A stretch of DNA of 64,000 bases from positions 192,001-256,000 of IMG/VR virus record IMGVR_UViG_3300029288_000060; one strand, given 5' to 3'. Below, piece by piece: positions 19,363 through 29,003 of the stretch (positions are counted from its first letter, which is position 1; each line of letters opens with the position of its first letter). The notes beneath the pieces are model-generated. The model was given only the letters and a program-made list of their open reading frames with translations, was not told the DNA's origin and searched no databases. A program made the position numbers and the translations under genes. This DNA is from a virus (Duplodnaviria; Caudoviricetes).

Positions 19363-19714
19363 CCTTCACCTCTATTCGTTTACCACACTTATGACAGAAA
19401 GTATAACCTTCATAAAATTCAAACATACCACATGAAGTTATATATACGTCTTGACCATGTATTTGCCAATCATCCTTTGTCCACACGCATCTCTCAGCGT
19501 TGACAAGGGAGAGAATGCGGTCAGCAACTTCGTATTTATCCCAATATGGTGGGTCGTAACATCCTGCTTCGCTTGCTATTTCCTCTCTCAGTTCATCCTT
19601 TACTTGGTTTTCTTGTATCTTTTCCAAGAAGGTCTTACCATGCTTGAGGTAATATTCTTCATCCTCTTCCCTAATCTTTTTTACTTCTTCAATAGCTTTG
19701 TTAATGTTGTTCAT
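19352..19714 (-). CDS. mosaic hypothetical protein with zinc ribbon
   Basis: KDELREEI and VADRILS modules plus CVW..TSCG..CHKCG. Confidence 0.7.
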   Translation of the reverse strand: MNNINKAIEEVKKIREEDEEYYLKHGKTFLEKIQENQVKDELREEIASEAGCYDPPYWDKYEVADRILSLVNAERCVWTKDDWQIHGQDVYITSCGMFEFYEGYTFCHKCGKRIEVKDEG

Positions 19715-20243
19715 CTTCCTCCTCCAAATACACTAATGCTGGATGCTTTCTTGTGCCGGAGCCGTGACAGGTTGAACATTTTTTACCATTAATCTGTAAA
19801 CTATTGATTGTACCATCATCCATTATCACACCACACTTAGGACATTTCTTTATTCCCCACTCCCGATACTTTGAAAGATAGTTAATGAGATTATCCATAT
19901 TAAGTTGAGCGTTGAGTTGACCAATAAATGAATTTGTATCATCGTTTGCATGACAAGTCATATGAGCCATTTCCTCAAGATAAGATTCCCACACCTCCGG
20001 TAATTCCCGTTCCATATATTTCTTAACATAACCGAATTTATCAAGAGAAGAATCAGAATAAATTTGACTATAGTTCATGTTGACAAGCTTGGCTAAAAAC
20101 ATATCCTTATCCATATTTGCCTCTTTTCTCCTTTGTTTTTTCCTCTTATCTCTTTTAAGTTGACACATGATACACGTCGCTCCATCATAAAAATACTTTT
20201 TACAAGTATTATCTGGGCAACAGATAACAATATCATTTTTCAT
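19701..20243 (-). CDS. hypothetical zinc-finger protein
   Basis: CPKC...CSTCHGSG; may start internally at MDKDMF. Confidence 0.6.
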   Translation of the reverse strand: MKNDIVICCPDNTCKKYFYDGATCIMCQLKRDKRKKQRRKEANMDKDMFLAKLVNMNYSQIYSDSSLDKFGYVKKYMERELPEVWESYLEEMAHMTCHANDDTNSFIGQLNAQLNMDNLINYLSKYREWGIKKCPKCGVIMDDGTINSLQINGKKCSTCHGSGTRKHPALVYLEEEDEQH

Positions 20244-20485
20244 GGATTATCCTCATAAACATGCTTCCAATAACCCCCGCACCACGTAGATGGTTTATAC
20301 CATACGATTTTAGTGAATATCCAGTATTTTCTGTAAATCAATTCTCCGATTGTTTCATCATAAAATGTCCCGCCACATTTGGGACAACACGTTCCTTCTA
20401 TTGGGACAGCGATTTTGCATTTCAGACACCCTCTTATACTAACATAATGTTCATACATGATTATCTCCAAGACCGCAGAAACCAT
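20240..20485 (-). CDS. hypothetical zinc-ribbon protein
   Basis: CLKC...CPKCG. Confidence 0.55.
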   Translation of the reverse strand: MVSAVLEIIMYEHYVSIRGCLKCKIAVPIEGTCCPKCGGTFYDETIGELIYRKYWIFTKIVWYKPSTWCGGYWKHVYEDNP

Positions 20486-20750
20486 GTCTGTCGGGTTTTA
20501 TTCTTGAGTACTCTATAGTGGCCGGGCTTATATTGTTTTTTGACCATCCATCTTCTTCACAACATGGAGTAGGTCTATCATACGTAATTTCTATTTCAGG
20601 TTCAGACCATTTCCACAACTGACAATCAGAAGCATCACATTTGATTTCATCCATTTTGTTAATTTCAGATGGAAGATAAAAGTTTGGAATTGTTAACACT
20701 GCCGCTTTGTACTTTGGACATATTGTCTTTCTTGCCTCTTCTTCAGTCAT
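20451..20750 (-). CDS. hypothetical protein
   Basis: MTEEEARKTICP...CDASDCQLWKW...GFCGL. Confidence 0.65.
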   Translation of the reverse strand: MTEEEARKTICPKYKAAVLTIPNFYLPSEINKMDEIKCDASDCQLWKWSEPEIEITYDRPTPCCEEDGWSKNNISPATIEYSRIKPDRHGFCGLGDNHV

Positions 20751-20954
20751 TTATTCCTCGCTTGGTAAATGAATCATACCAACCTGATATCTTTTTTGGC
20801 ATCTCCTACAAACTGTATATAATTTAGCATGTCTTCTTCCAATACCATCCGTAATATATTCTTCAACTTCAAAATATCTATTACAATCTCCATCTATACC
20901 ATCACCATAATAACCAGGTTCAGGCCTATGACCAAATAATTTACAAAGAATCAT
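20751..20954 (-). CDS. hypothetical protein (LCKLFGH...CRRC type)
   Basis: 67 aa ORF with AGGAG RBS. Confidence 0.65.
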   Translation of the reverse strand: MILCKLFGHRPEPGYYGDGIDGDCNRYFEVEEYITDGIGRRHAKLYTVCRRCQKRYQVGMIHLPSEE

Positions 20955-21036
20955 TTTTTCACTCCTTTTTTATCTTCATATAACTTATTAATTTCTATTT
21001 CTCCTAAGATTTATATATCCCCCAAAAAATATCAGT

Positions 21037-21327
21037 TTATTCACTTATAAAAGATCCTTTCTTACGATATTTACTGTTATTTGTAAAAAAATCCCCTGGA
21101 TAGCTAGTCCCGTCGTCATAAGGAATACCGATTGCATTACGAGTTTCAATCGCATTTAATTCGAGAGTTGTTTCATTCAGCGCTTCTCTTATCTCTGATT
21201 CAGGATCTTCAATCAAAATAGACCATTTACCCCCTTCGTCTGCTACCTGATCTAGATTGACATTATGAGCAAATTGATTAATATCTTCTTCTCCATGTCT
21301 TTTTAGTCCTTTCTTTTTATTTTTCAT
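21037..21327 (-). CDS. hypothetical protein (paralogue of the 12923-13375 N-terminus)
   Basis: KRHGEEDINQFAHNVNL. Confidence 0.65.
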   Translation of the reverse strand: MKNKKKGLKRHGEEDINQFAHNVNLDQVADEGGKWSILIEDPESEIREALNETTLELNAIETRNAIGIPYDDGTSYPGDFFTNNSKYRKKGSFISE

Positions 21328-21341
21328 ATTTCTCCCACCTT

Positions 21342-21755
21342 TTAATTTCTAGAATCAATTAAAATAAAATTTTCTATACTATTTTTTGGTATATGAAAAC
21401 TTAAAATAACTCCTGAATTTTTATGTATTTTAAACACTCTTTCAACAGAAGAAAATGGTGCACTACTGGTAAGAGTCATAGTTACATATGATTCAGTTAT
21501 AGAATTTACATCCTCATAAATCTGACAATATTTTGAGTTTACAATTCCGAAATTAGCTGCTCCATTTTTAATATAAATAAATTTTATTAAAATTTCAAGA
21601 GTTGAAGATGAACTTCCAAGAAATTGACCGTGACTTAAAACTTTTGATGTATTATTTATTTGTTTTAATGGGTATGTCTCCGTAGCAGTTTCTTGACACC
21701 CAACTAAAAAAATACCACACAATACAAAAATAATCATGATTGTTTTAATTTTCAT
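21342..21755 (-). CDS. putative lipoprotein
   Basis: Signal peptide with FLVGC lipobox. Confidence 0.7.
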   Translation of the reverse strand: MKIKTIMIIFVLCGIFLVGCQETATETYPLKQINNTSKVLSHGQFLGSSSSTLEILIKFIYIKNGAANFGIVNSKYCQIYEDVNSITESYVTMTLTSSAPFSSVERVFKIHKNSGVILSFHIPKNSIENFILIDSRN

Positions 21756-21805
21756 CTTTCACCTCAAATTTCATAATTACTCCTTTAGCCTTACTTAGGT
21801 ACTCC

Positions 21806-22024
21806 TTATGCTGTAGTAAATGGTAGATTATTTTCCACTATTAAGACTAAACTATCATCATCTTTTATAATACAACCAAGAACAACCTCTCCATCCCAAC
21901 TTAAATAGGGAAAACATTTATGGGAATATACGGATACTCCATCTATATCAGATGGAGAGTAACCATTCATCTTGGATAATTTTTTAAATTTATCTATAAG
22001 ACCATCTCTAGTGTATAATTTCAA
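21806..22024 (-). CDS. hypothetical protein
   Basis: 72 aa ORF with GGAGG RBS. Confidence 0.6.
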   Translation of the reverse strand: MKLYTRDGLIDKFKKLSKMNGYSPSDIDGVSVYSHKCFPYLSWDGEVVLGCIIKDDDSLVLIVENNLPFTTA

Positions 22025-22056
22025 TTTTCCTCCATTAAAGTTTTGAACTATCTTTT

Positions 22057-22386
22057 TTATTCTTCTAAGTTTTCTCCTAATTGGATTAATAATTTTTTTG
22101 CTTCCTCATATGCAGTTCTTGTTTCCTCACTATTAGCATTAATCGAAATACTCAACACTAAGTTTTTTAATGACATCTTCATTTTTTTATTTTTTTCTAC
22201 CTCTCTATATAACTTAGCCGTTGGTGAACTATGTATTTTTTCTAAATCTCTTTCTGCTTTCTTTTTTTCTCGTTCTGCTACGGTCTCTGGATGATGTTGT
22301 TTACAAAATCCGTCTTTCCATTCTTTTCGAGAACATCTAGAACTACGCCATGATCCTGAAAGCCAAACTCTTGCTGTACATTGCAT
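22057..22386 (-). CDS. hypothetical protein with N-terminal Cys/His cluster
   Basis: QC...RC...FCKQHHP. Confidence 0.65.
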   Translation of the reverse strand: MQCTARVWLSGSWRSSRCSRKEWKDGFCKQHHPETVAEREKKKAERDLEKIHSSPTAKLYREVEKNKKMKMSLKNLVLSISINANSEETRTAYEEAKKLLIQLGENLEE

Positions 22387-22407
22387 TTTATTCTCCTATT
22401 TCCTTTA

Positions 22408-22638
22408 TTAACCATATTGACCATCTTCGCCCAAATATCCTTGTTCACCATGGTCCCATTCTGTAGGAGCCATGTACTCTATTTCTTCTTTGGACTCTTT
22501 CTCTAAAGGAACATTTAGGTGCTCGTAATAACCTCTGGGGTTATGGGTATTGTGCCATCTATCCTTATGCTTATTACAACAAAATTTAGGTCTTTTAGTT
22601 TCTTTCCCGCACCATAGACATCTATTCATTTTCATCAA
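22408..22638 (-). CDS. hypothetical zinc-finger protein
   Basis: CLWCG...KFCCNKH. Confidence 0.6.
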   Translation of the reverse strand: MMKMNRCLWCGKETKRPKFCCNKHKDRWHNTHNPRGYYEHLNVPLEKESKEEIEYMAPTEWDHGEQGYLGEDGQYG

Positions 22639-22647
22639 AAGTCTTAC

Positions 22648-22875
22648 CTACCTCTTATAAATTTGTTTTTTATGACATTTACATTTTTCATTATATATTT
22701 TACCCATATCCTCCCACCATCCCCGTCCAGTAAAATCTTTAAAATTATAACAAAATTGTTCTTGCATTTGACCACATTTTTTACAATATCTTCTATATGG
22801 ATTATATTTATCATAACGAAATAAAAATAAATTTCTTAAAAAATCAAAAACCATTTTATTTATCCTCTTTATCAA
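22648..22875 (-). CDS. hypothetical protein
   Basis: 75 aa ORF with CKKCG. Confidence 0.55.
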   Translation of the reverse strand: MIKRINKMVFDFLRNLFLFRYDKYNPYRRYCKKCGQMQEQFCYNFKDFTGRGWWEDMGKIYNEKCKCHKKQIYKR

Positions 22876-23284
22876 CTAGCTTCCAAAATTCTTTATTAAT
22901 AAGTTTTGCATATTCAGGAGGTAAATCTTGGCTATTAATTTTTTCTATTATTTTAATTGATTCCACAAGTTCATCATAACTACGAGATTTCTCTAGTTGG
23001 TTGGCAGCGAAGAGAGCCAGAATTTCATTCATTATTATTACAACTTTGGTATCATTTAAGAAACCAATTCTAATTATATCTGTTACCTTTTGTCGTAGTT
23101 CAAGTTCATTCATGTTTTCATTTTTTACTAAATAATTTTCTTCATGCAGTACTTCAAGAAATGCTTGAATTAAATCAACAATTTTAGATCTTTCCCATCC
23201 TTTAAATTGGAAATTCGAATTAATTACAAGTTTATCATGTCTATCTAAAACTTTTTTTGCAACCAATAAAAAATCAATCTCCAT
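22856..23284 (-). CDS. hypothetical protein
   Basis: 142 aa ORF with GAGG RBS. Confidence 0.65.
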   Translation of the reverse strand: MEIDFLLVAKKVLDRHDKLVINSNFQFKGWERSKIVDLIQAFLEVLHEENYLVKNENMNELELRQKVTDIIRIGFLNDTKVVIIMNEILALFAANQLEKSRSYDELVESIKIIEKINSQDLPPEYAKLINKEFWKLVDKEDK

Positions 23285-23314
23285 AATAACCTCTATTTTC
23301 TCTCTTATTGATAC

Positions 23315-23713
23315 TTATTTCCCAGTTGCAAGGTCTACGTCTGGAACTATTATCTGTGGACGGAAAATAACCTTGTAGTGATAAACATTCACTGGAGCTT
23401 CTTTTAATTGTTCAGCAAAATAGGTCACATTATCCGAAAGACCAAGATAATGTTTCTTATACTCTGTATTTGATGTTTTACACGTTACGGTAACAACCCT
23501 TTCACTAGCTCTTATATCAATTGAACATCTTCCTTCTATTGAAAGCATATATTCTTTTTGTATAGAGTTATAAAAAACAATACGTCGTTCTATTTGAAAT
23601 TGGTCTGCTGCAACAGAAATATTATGTGAAGCCACGTCTGCTTCTTTTGAACATCCTACAAGCAGAATAATACAACTTATTAATAATAACATCAACTTTG
23701 CTAAAATTTTCAT
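23315..23713 (-). CDS. phage lipoprotein
   Basis: LLVGC lipobox; EADVASHNIS...RRIVFYN...YKKHYLGLSDNVTY. Confidence 0.75.
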   Translation of the reverse strand: MKILAKLMLLLISCIILLVGCSKEADVASHNISVAADQFQIERRIVFYNSIQKEYMLSIEGRCSIDIRASERVVTVTCKTSNTEYKKHYLGLSDNVTYFAEQLKEAPVNVYHYKVIFRPQIIVPDVDLATGK

Positions 23714-24045
23714 TTTTTCTCCTTTATCTCTTTTGAGAATTTTATTAATTCAGTTCTTGCCTTCTTATTTTTTGTTTTTTTAGTCTATTATATATATTCC
23801 ACTTATAATAATATTTATAATTGAATAAGTATAGAAAAAACTTTTGAACTTTATTAAGATTTATTTTTGTATAAATATCCCATTCTTCTTTATTTGGTAT
23901 ATAATTACCATAAATTATCATTTTGACAAGCCTCACTTGTTTTCTTCAAGATCAACCACCTTTCTTACCTCCTTCAGGAACTTTGACAACATTCCGATAT
24001 TACTACGTTTAACAAAACATGAAAATGATTTTAATTTATTAAAAA

Positions 24046-25284
24046 TTAAACTATCAACATTAATTTTTCTTTAGCTCTGGTACATGCAGTATATAACCAT
24101 TTTTTCATATACTCATCATCCCAATAATAACTTTTTTCTAAAAAACAAATAACTTTTTTAAATTCGCTTCCTTGACTCTTATGAACACTAATACAATATC
24201 CAAAATCACAAACATCAATTGTATTTGTATTCACATTCTTCATAGTTTTTTTATTCTTCTTTATAAGTTCTGGTAACATACTTAAAGAATCTTGATATTG
24301 TTCTTTTCCAAAACACCCATTATAAACTAAACCTGAGTAAGTTCCTTCAGTATTATCTAACTCTATTGTCATATTATAAATATTTTTTGCTTCATATAAT
24401 AAGAATAAGTTTTTTCCTATCATGCCATTAAAAACTTTTGAATTGTAATTATTTTTTAAAAAGATAACTCTTTCACCTGGGTATGGTTCTGGGTTAATAA
24501 ACCCTAATTTATCTCTTATTAATTGATTTACACTTACCCTTGTTTTATTTAAACCACATAATATAATCATGTCTTCATCAACAAAATTTAAATTATCAAA
24601 AATTTGTTTACATTCTTTTGAATTCCAAGAAATTTTAAAAATACCCTTATTGTTTTTATCATAAAAACCCATTGGAATATCTTTACCATTTCTTATATCC
24701 TGTGATAATCTAATTATTGGATTATCTAATGCTTGTCTCATGATCTCTGTTAGTAGGTAATCAGGTTTTTTCATTAAATTAAATTGTTCTCCTACCGGAG
24801 GAAGTTGACCATGATCACCTACTGCTATAATTGGTATTTCATATTCAATTAAATCTCTCCAAATTTCCCTATTAACCATAGAAGCTTCATCGATAAAAAT
24901 TAAGTCATATGGAATAAAATCTTTCTTAATCCAATTAATTACTACCATTTTATGAATATTTTTATCATATCTTAATTCTGGTTTATAAATTAAACTATGT
25001 ATAGTTCCAACAAAATCCCCTTCAAAAATAGCATTATTTTCAACCAACTTACTTTTTAAAACACTTGATGCTTTACCAGTAAACGTTGCAAAAGCTACAT
25101 TTGTATTTTTAAATTTATCTTCTATTTCATTTCTAATTATTGAAATTAAAAAAGTTTTTCCAGTTCCTGCTAATCCACCAATTGTTATGTATTTAAAATC
25201 AGGTAAGATATTTGATTTACTTAATGATACACCAAGTCTATCCATAACTTTCTTAAATACATAATTCTGATCATTTGTTAACAT
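24046..25284 (-). CDS. SF1B DNA helicase (Dda/RecD2-like)
   Basis: GLAGTGKT, FIDEASMV, GDHGQLPPV, SVHKSQGSEF, YTACTRAK. Confidence 0.92.
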   Translation of the reverse strand: MLTNDQNYVFKKVMDRLGVSLSKSNILPDFKYITIGGLAGTGKTFLISIIRNEIEDKFKNTNVAFATFTGKASSVLKSKLVENNAIFEGDFVGTIHSLIYKPELRYDKNIHKMVVINWIKKDFIPYDLIFIDEASMVNREIWRDLIEYEIPIIAVGDHGQLPPVGEQFNLMKKPDYLLTEIMRQALDNPIIRLSQDIRNGKDIPMGFYDKNNKGIFKISWNSKECKQIFDNLNFVDEDMIILCGLNKTRVSVNQLIRDKLGFINPEPYPGERVIFLKNNYNSKVFNGMIGKNLFLLYEAKNIYNMTIELDNTEGTYSGLVYNGCFGKEQYQDSLSMLPELIKKNKKTMKNVNTNTIDVCDFGYCISVHKSQGSEFKKVICFLEKSYYWDDEYMKKWLYTACTRAKEKLMLIV

Positions 25285-25287
25285 TAT

Positions 25288-25647
25288 TTACTTCTTATTT
25301 ACTTTATTATCATAATATTTTGTAATACTAGAAGGTTGAACTTCAAATATATCTCCCTTAAATTCAAATCTTTGCATATTAATTGCTTTTGTTACTTCTC
25401 TTTCATAAATAATTTTACTTGCTGAAATACCAATAAAAATACCAAAAGCAATAAATATAATTGTAGTAAAAGCATGTCTTTGAAACCATTCCCATGAATT
25501 CATTAATTTATTTTCTTTTATCATATTATTCTCTCCTTCATATTCATATACCATTGTTTTTTCTGATTCATTGCAAATTTCATCTGGATCTTCTAAAGGA
25601 ATTGGATGTTGATTAGCAACTGCATCATTTAGTGGACTATTACTCAT
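25288..25647 (-). CDS. hypothetical membrane protein
   Basis: One TM segment; a second strong RBS before the internal MIKENK. Confidence 0.6.
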   Translation of the reverse strand: MSNSPLNDAVANQHPIPLEDPDEICNESEKTMVYEYEGENNMIKENKLMNSWEWFQRHAFTTIIFIAFGIFIGISASKIIYEREVTKAINMQRFEFKGDIFEVQPSSITKYYDNKVNKK

Positions 25648-25648
25648 T

Positions 25649-26212
25649 TTATCTCCTTTTATTTTTCAAATTTTTTGCTAACTTTATTACTTTGTCTGCA
25701 TAATCATAAGATTGTTTTGGTGGATTTGTACCACCATTATAAGAAGCAAGAGCGTATCTTAAATTATTATTCCTATACTTAATCCAATCCTCTAATTTTT
25801 TTGCTCCTCTCATAATATCAATAATTGCAAACTCATAAACATCATGTTTTGTAGCTTGCATAATTCCTTTATAACCAGCAGAAGATTTTGCATTCTTATC
25901 CATCTTTGATTCATAATATGCAATTGAAGTTAGTAACTTGTCATCTATGTTTGTAACTTCCGAAGCAACTTTAATTGAGAAACTAACTTCTTTAACATAA
26001 TTATTAGACTTTGATAAATTAGGAATTAACGTAATTAAATCTTGTTGAATTTGTTCCGCTTTATCTGCTTTATCATTTATCTTTATCGGTGTAATTATTT
26101 TATTACTAAGCTGAAAAATTATGCAGCTTATTAATAAGATCAATAAAAAAGTTTTAATTATTGAAGAAAATAACCTAAAAAATAACTTTATGTTACTTAT
26201 ATTCTTATTCAT
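25649..26212 (-). CDS. lytic transglycosylase (SLT/GH23) with N-terminal membrane anchor
   Basis: IAYYES catalytic Glu, GIMQ, ALASYNGG. Confidence 0.88.
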   Translation of the reverse strand: MNKNISNIKLFFRLFSSIIKTFLLILLISCIIFQLSNKIITPIKINDKADKAEQIQQDLITLIPNLSKSNNYVKEVSFSIKVASEVTNIDDKLLTSIAYYESKMDKNAKSSAGYKGIMQATKHDVYEFAIIDIMRGAKKLEDWIKYRNNNLRYALASYNGGTNPPKQSYDYADKVIKLAKNLKNKRR

Positions 26213-26249
26213 TTTTTAATCCTCCTATTAAAAAATACACCCCCTTATT

Positions 26250-26268
26250 CTAAAATTAATATATGTAG
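26250..26268 (-). promoter_or_regulatory. phage promoter-like motif TACATATATTAAT-W4-GA
   Basis: The same motif with fixed spacing recurs at five other intergenic sites, always heading minus-strand units. Confidence 0.7.
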
Positions 26269-26487
26269 TATAAAAAAATAAAACTAATTATTAATTTGTT
26301 CTGATTTAAAATATAAAAATCTATGTAGTTCTAGAAACAAACTATTTTTTAGGAAACTTTTTTTATTTGTTAGAACAAACTTTTGGTTGGGAGAGAGGAC
26401 ATGAAACTTTGATTAATATTATAAATCTAGGTTTCTAAATAAAAACTTAAAATAATAATTTAAATAAAAAAGATAGATTAGTTAGAA

Positions 26488-26767
26488 TAACACCCAGTGC
26501 TGTGGGCACCCGCCCCCAAGGCGGCGTGGACGCACATCACTCACTGGGGGGTTAAAAAAGACACTAACTGTAGCGTGCGCAACCGCGCAAGACGCTACGA
26601 TATAAACTAGATATATAATAAAATACAGGTACAAAAATTTCTACAAAAAATTCTTGAATAAGTAAATCTAATTATAATAGAGAAAATCTATATTAAAGTG
26701 TGCAGAAGAAAACACACTTCTCAATTCGACCACGCTTGGTGCGGGTCTCCTTTCAAGTGTTTTCTTC
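26488..26767. other. cluster of GC-rich hairpins in the divergent intergenic region
   Basis: Stems at 26488-26554, 26570-26598 and 26705-26767 in an otherwise AT-rich non-coding region. Confidence 0.65.
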
Positions 26768-26978
26768 CTTCTTTTTGTTAAAATTTTTATAGAAAAAAAT
26801 TAAAACTATTAGAACAAATGTTTAAATAAGTTATAGCTCTAGTCATAACTATATTTCAAATGATTTTTCAAAGGAAAGGGTTGAATATTTAGTAGAACCA
26901 GGAAAATATTTTGACATTTGAAAAAGTCAAAATATAACTTTCGTAAGGATTTAAAAAACATAGAAAAAGGAGATTTAA

Positions 26979-28985
26979 ATGTATAACCAGGATAATTCAG
27001 ATAAGGTTTTCTTCAACCAAAATGTTATTTATTACAAAGATAAAAATTATAATTCAGGAGGAAGTTTAGAAATTACAATAAGTAATAATACTAATGATTA
27101 TAAAACTTTTTCTGCACCTATCTTACTAATTTCAGTAATCGGAGAAAATAATCTCAGACGTTTGTGTACTTTAACATATGTTGATAGTGTAGATTTATAC
27201 AATTCAATAAATTTTATTATTCAAAACATAGAAAGTATTTACGCTACAAATAGGTCAAACGTATTAGCTAAGAAATATAATTTTGATAAAACTTTAAAAT
27301 TTGAGTTTATCCAAATTCCTGGAATAAATGATAGAGTAGTTTCAATTTCAATAATTCATAATACTTCTGATTTTACTAAAGTTGTAATACCATATTCAGT
27401 ATTTATTTCTTTTGCTATTGGTATTTTAAAGTTTTTTGTAAACCAATACATAGATATATCCTTTTCAATGTCTACAAGAAATTTATTAACTGAAATACTA
27501 GAGCAAAATAAAATGATAAGAAATGGTATCACAGTTTTACCTTCAACATTATTTGAGATAGATAATAAGATTAAGGTAGAAGAAAGTAATCAAGGTTGCG
27601 CGACAGATTTTGCTGTTTCTGGTAATCAAGAAGTAACTAATGATGATATAGTAAAAACTATTGATGACTTTGACAAATTCTTAGGTAAAGATATGGAAAA
27701 TATTGTTTTAGACGACCTTAATAGTAAAGCTATTACAGAAGAAAAAAAGAGTAATAATGTTGAAGTTACTAGTTCATTTATAACTAAAACCTTGACAAAT
27801 GATATGTCAGTTTTAGAAAGTATGTTAACATCTGCAGTCACAAGACCTGATCCAATGATTTCTTTATTTGAAGGTTTTAGAAGAAGCATGAATTTAGATG
27901 AATCATTTACATTTTTACCTTTAATTTCTTCACAAGATTTAAAATCCTTCTTATATATATCTAAAATAACTCATGATTATTATTTAAATTCTTTTATAAA
28001 TAACAATAAATCAATACCAAGTGGTTTTTCAGTTTTAAAATATAATATAGAAGACCATAATAAGGTTGATTTTATAAATACACAAATATCGTATGATCTT
28101 TTATTAATTACAGGTTTTATGAAAATTTTTAGAAACAAAATTGAATCTCGTGAAGCAGATATTAATAAAAATGGTTCTTTATTTTATTTAAGACTAAGAA
28201 CATTTTTAGATCCGTTAGTTTATTCATTTTTAGATGAAACAAAAGGAAATATGATTAATACAATCATATGTAGTAATTTTGATAAATATTCATCTCTTGG
28301 CTTTTTTAATCATTATCAAAAAATATTAACTGAAAATAAATTTGAGGAAATAACAGTTAATGATATAAGAAATTTTTGTAATGAAGTCAATGATAGAATA
28401 TTAGTAAAAGGTTTATTATCTGTAAATATTAATGATATTCATGATAACTTATTTAAAACTGGTTTTTTAAGAATAAAATCAGATAGTAAGTTAAGTATAG
28501 AACAAATAATAAATGAGTTAATTCCATTAGAGATTATGGAAAAAAATGGAATGGAACTAAAAGAAGGGTCTGAAGAACTTAAAAAAGTTTTAATTAATTA
28601 TACTATATCAGATGATGTATTAAATGCTTTTTTTAGAAAAGAACCAAAAATAGAAAAAATAACTAACATTTTAAAAACTGTTAAATTTTATGACAATGAA
28701 GTTCCAGAAAAATGTAAAAAAGAATTTTTTGATTATATAGAACAATTAAAAGAATTAAATTTTGATTTTTCAAACTCTCCATTTGAAATAGAAGAATTTG
28801 GAGAAAATATTATTAAGTCTTTATATGTCTGGAATGAAAGTGATAATAAGAGAGAACATTTAACTTCTTATAGAGAAAAAGTCGAAGAATGTTTATTAAC
28901 AAAAGATTTGATTTTAGCAAAGTATAATAATGTAGTATCAGATACTAATAATAGCGAAGATTGGAATTTAGATCTGTTTGATTAA
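26979..28985 (+). CDS. large hypothetical protein
   Basis: 668 aa ORF with AAGGAG RBS; no recognisable motif. Confidence 0.85.
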   Translation: MYNQDNSDKVFFNQNVIYYKDKNYNSGGSLEITISNNTNDYKTFSAPILLISVIGENNLRRLCTLTYVDSVDLYNSINFIIQNIESIYATNRSNVLAKKYNFDKTLKFEFIQIPGINDRVVSISIIHNTSDFTKVVIPYSVFISFAIGILKFFVNQYIDISFSMSTRNLLTEILEQNKMIRNGITVLPSTLFEIDNKIKVEESNQGCATDFAVSGNQEVTNDDIVKTIDDFDKFLGKDMENIVLDDLNSKAITEEKKSNNVEVTSSFITKTLTNDMSVLESMLTSAVTRPDPMISLFEGFRRSMNLDESFTFLPLISSQDLKSFLYISKITHDYYLNSFINNNKSIPSGFSVLKYNIEDHNKVDFINTQISYDLLLITGFMKIFRNKIESREADINKNGSLFYLRLRTFLDPLVYSFLDETKGNMINTIICSNFDKYSSLGFFNHYQKILTENKFEEITVNDIRNFCNEVNDRILVKGLLSVNINDIHDNLFKTGFLRIKSDSKLSIEQIINELIPLEIMEKNGMELKEGSEELKKVLINYTISDDVLNAFFRKEPKIEKITNILKTVKFYDNEVPEKCKKEFFDYIEQLKELNFDFSNSPFEIEEFGENIIKSLYVWNESDNKREHLTSYREKVEECLLTKDLILAKYNNVVSDTNNSEDWNLDLFD

Positions 28986-29003
28986 TAAAAAAGAGGATAT
29001 AAA

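Larger units (their letters stand above)
16270..19365 (-). repeat. dispersed short direct repeats (gene-junction modules)
   Basis: 45-bp near-identical pair 17017-17061/17306-17350; 23-bp identical pair 16878-16900/17176-17198; 27-bp identical pair 17439-17465/18915-18941; 20-bp pair 16592-16611/17988-18007; CCTCCTTCGAGAGC at 16278, 17040, 17329 and 17881. Confidence 0.9.

Noticed and set aside
16270-19365. CRISPR array or diversity-generating retroelement
   Set aside because: The repeats are irregularly spaced, coding and of several kinds; there is no adenine-specific TR/VR pair and no reverse transcriptase in the window
494-24074. Plus-strand shadow ORFs (for example 2424-2726, 5454-5831, 16810-17205, 16943-17359, 19451-19792)
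   Set aside because: They lie antisense to a tightly tiled minus-strand operon with good RBSs
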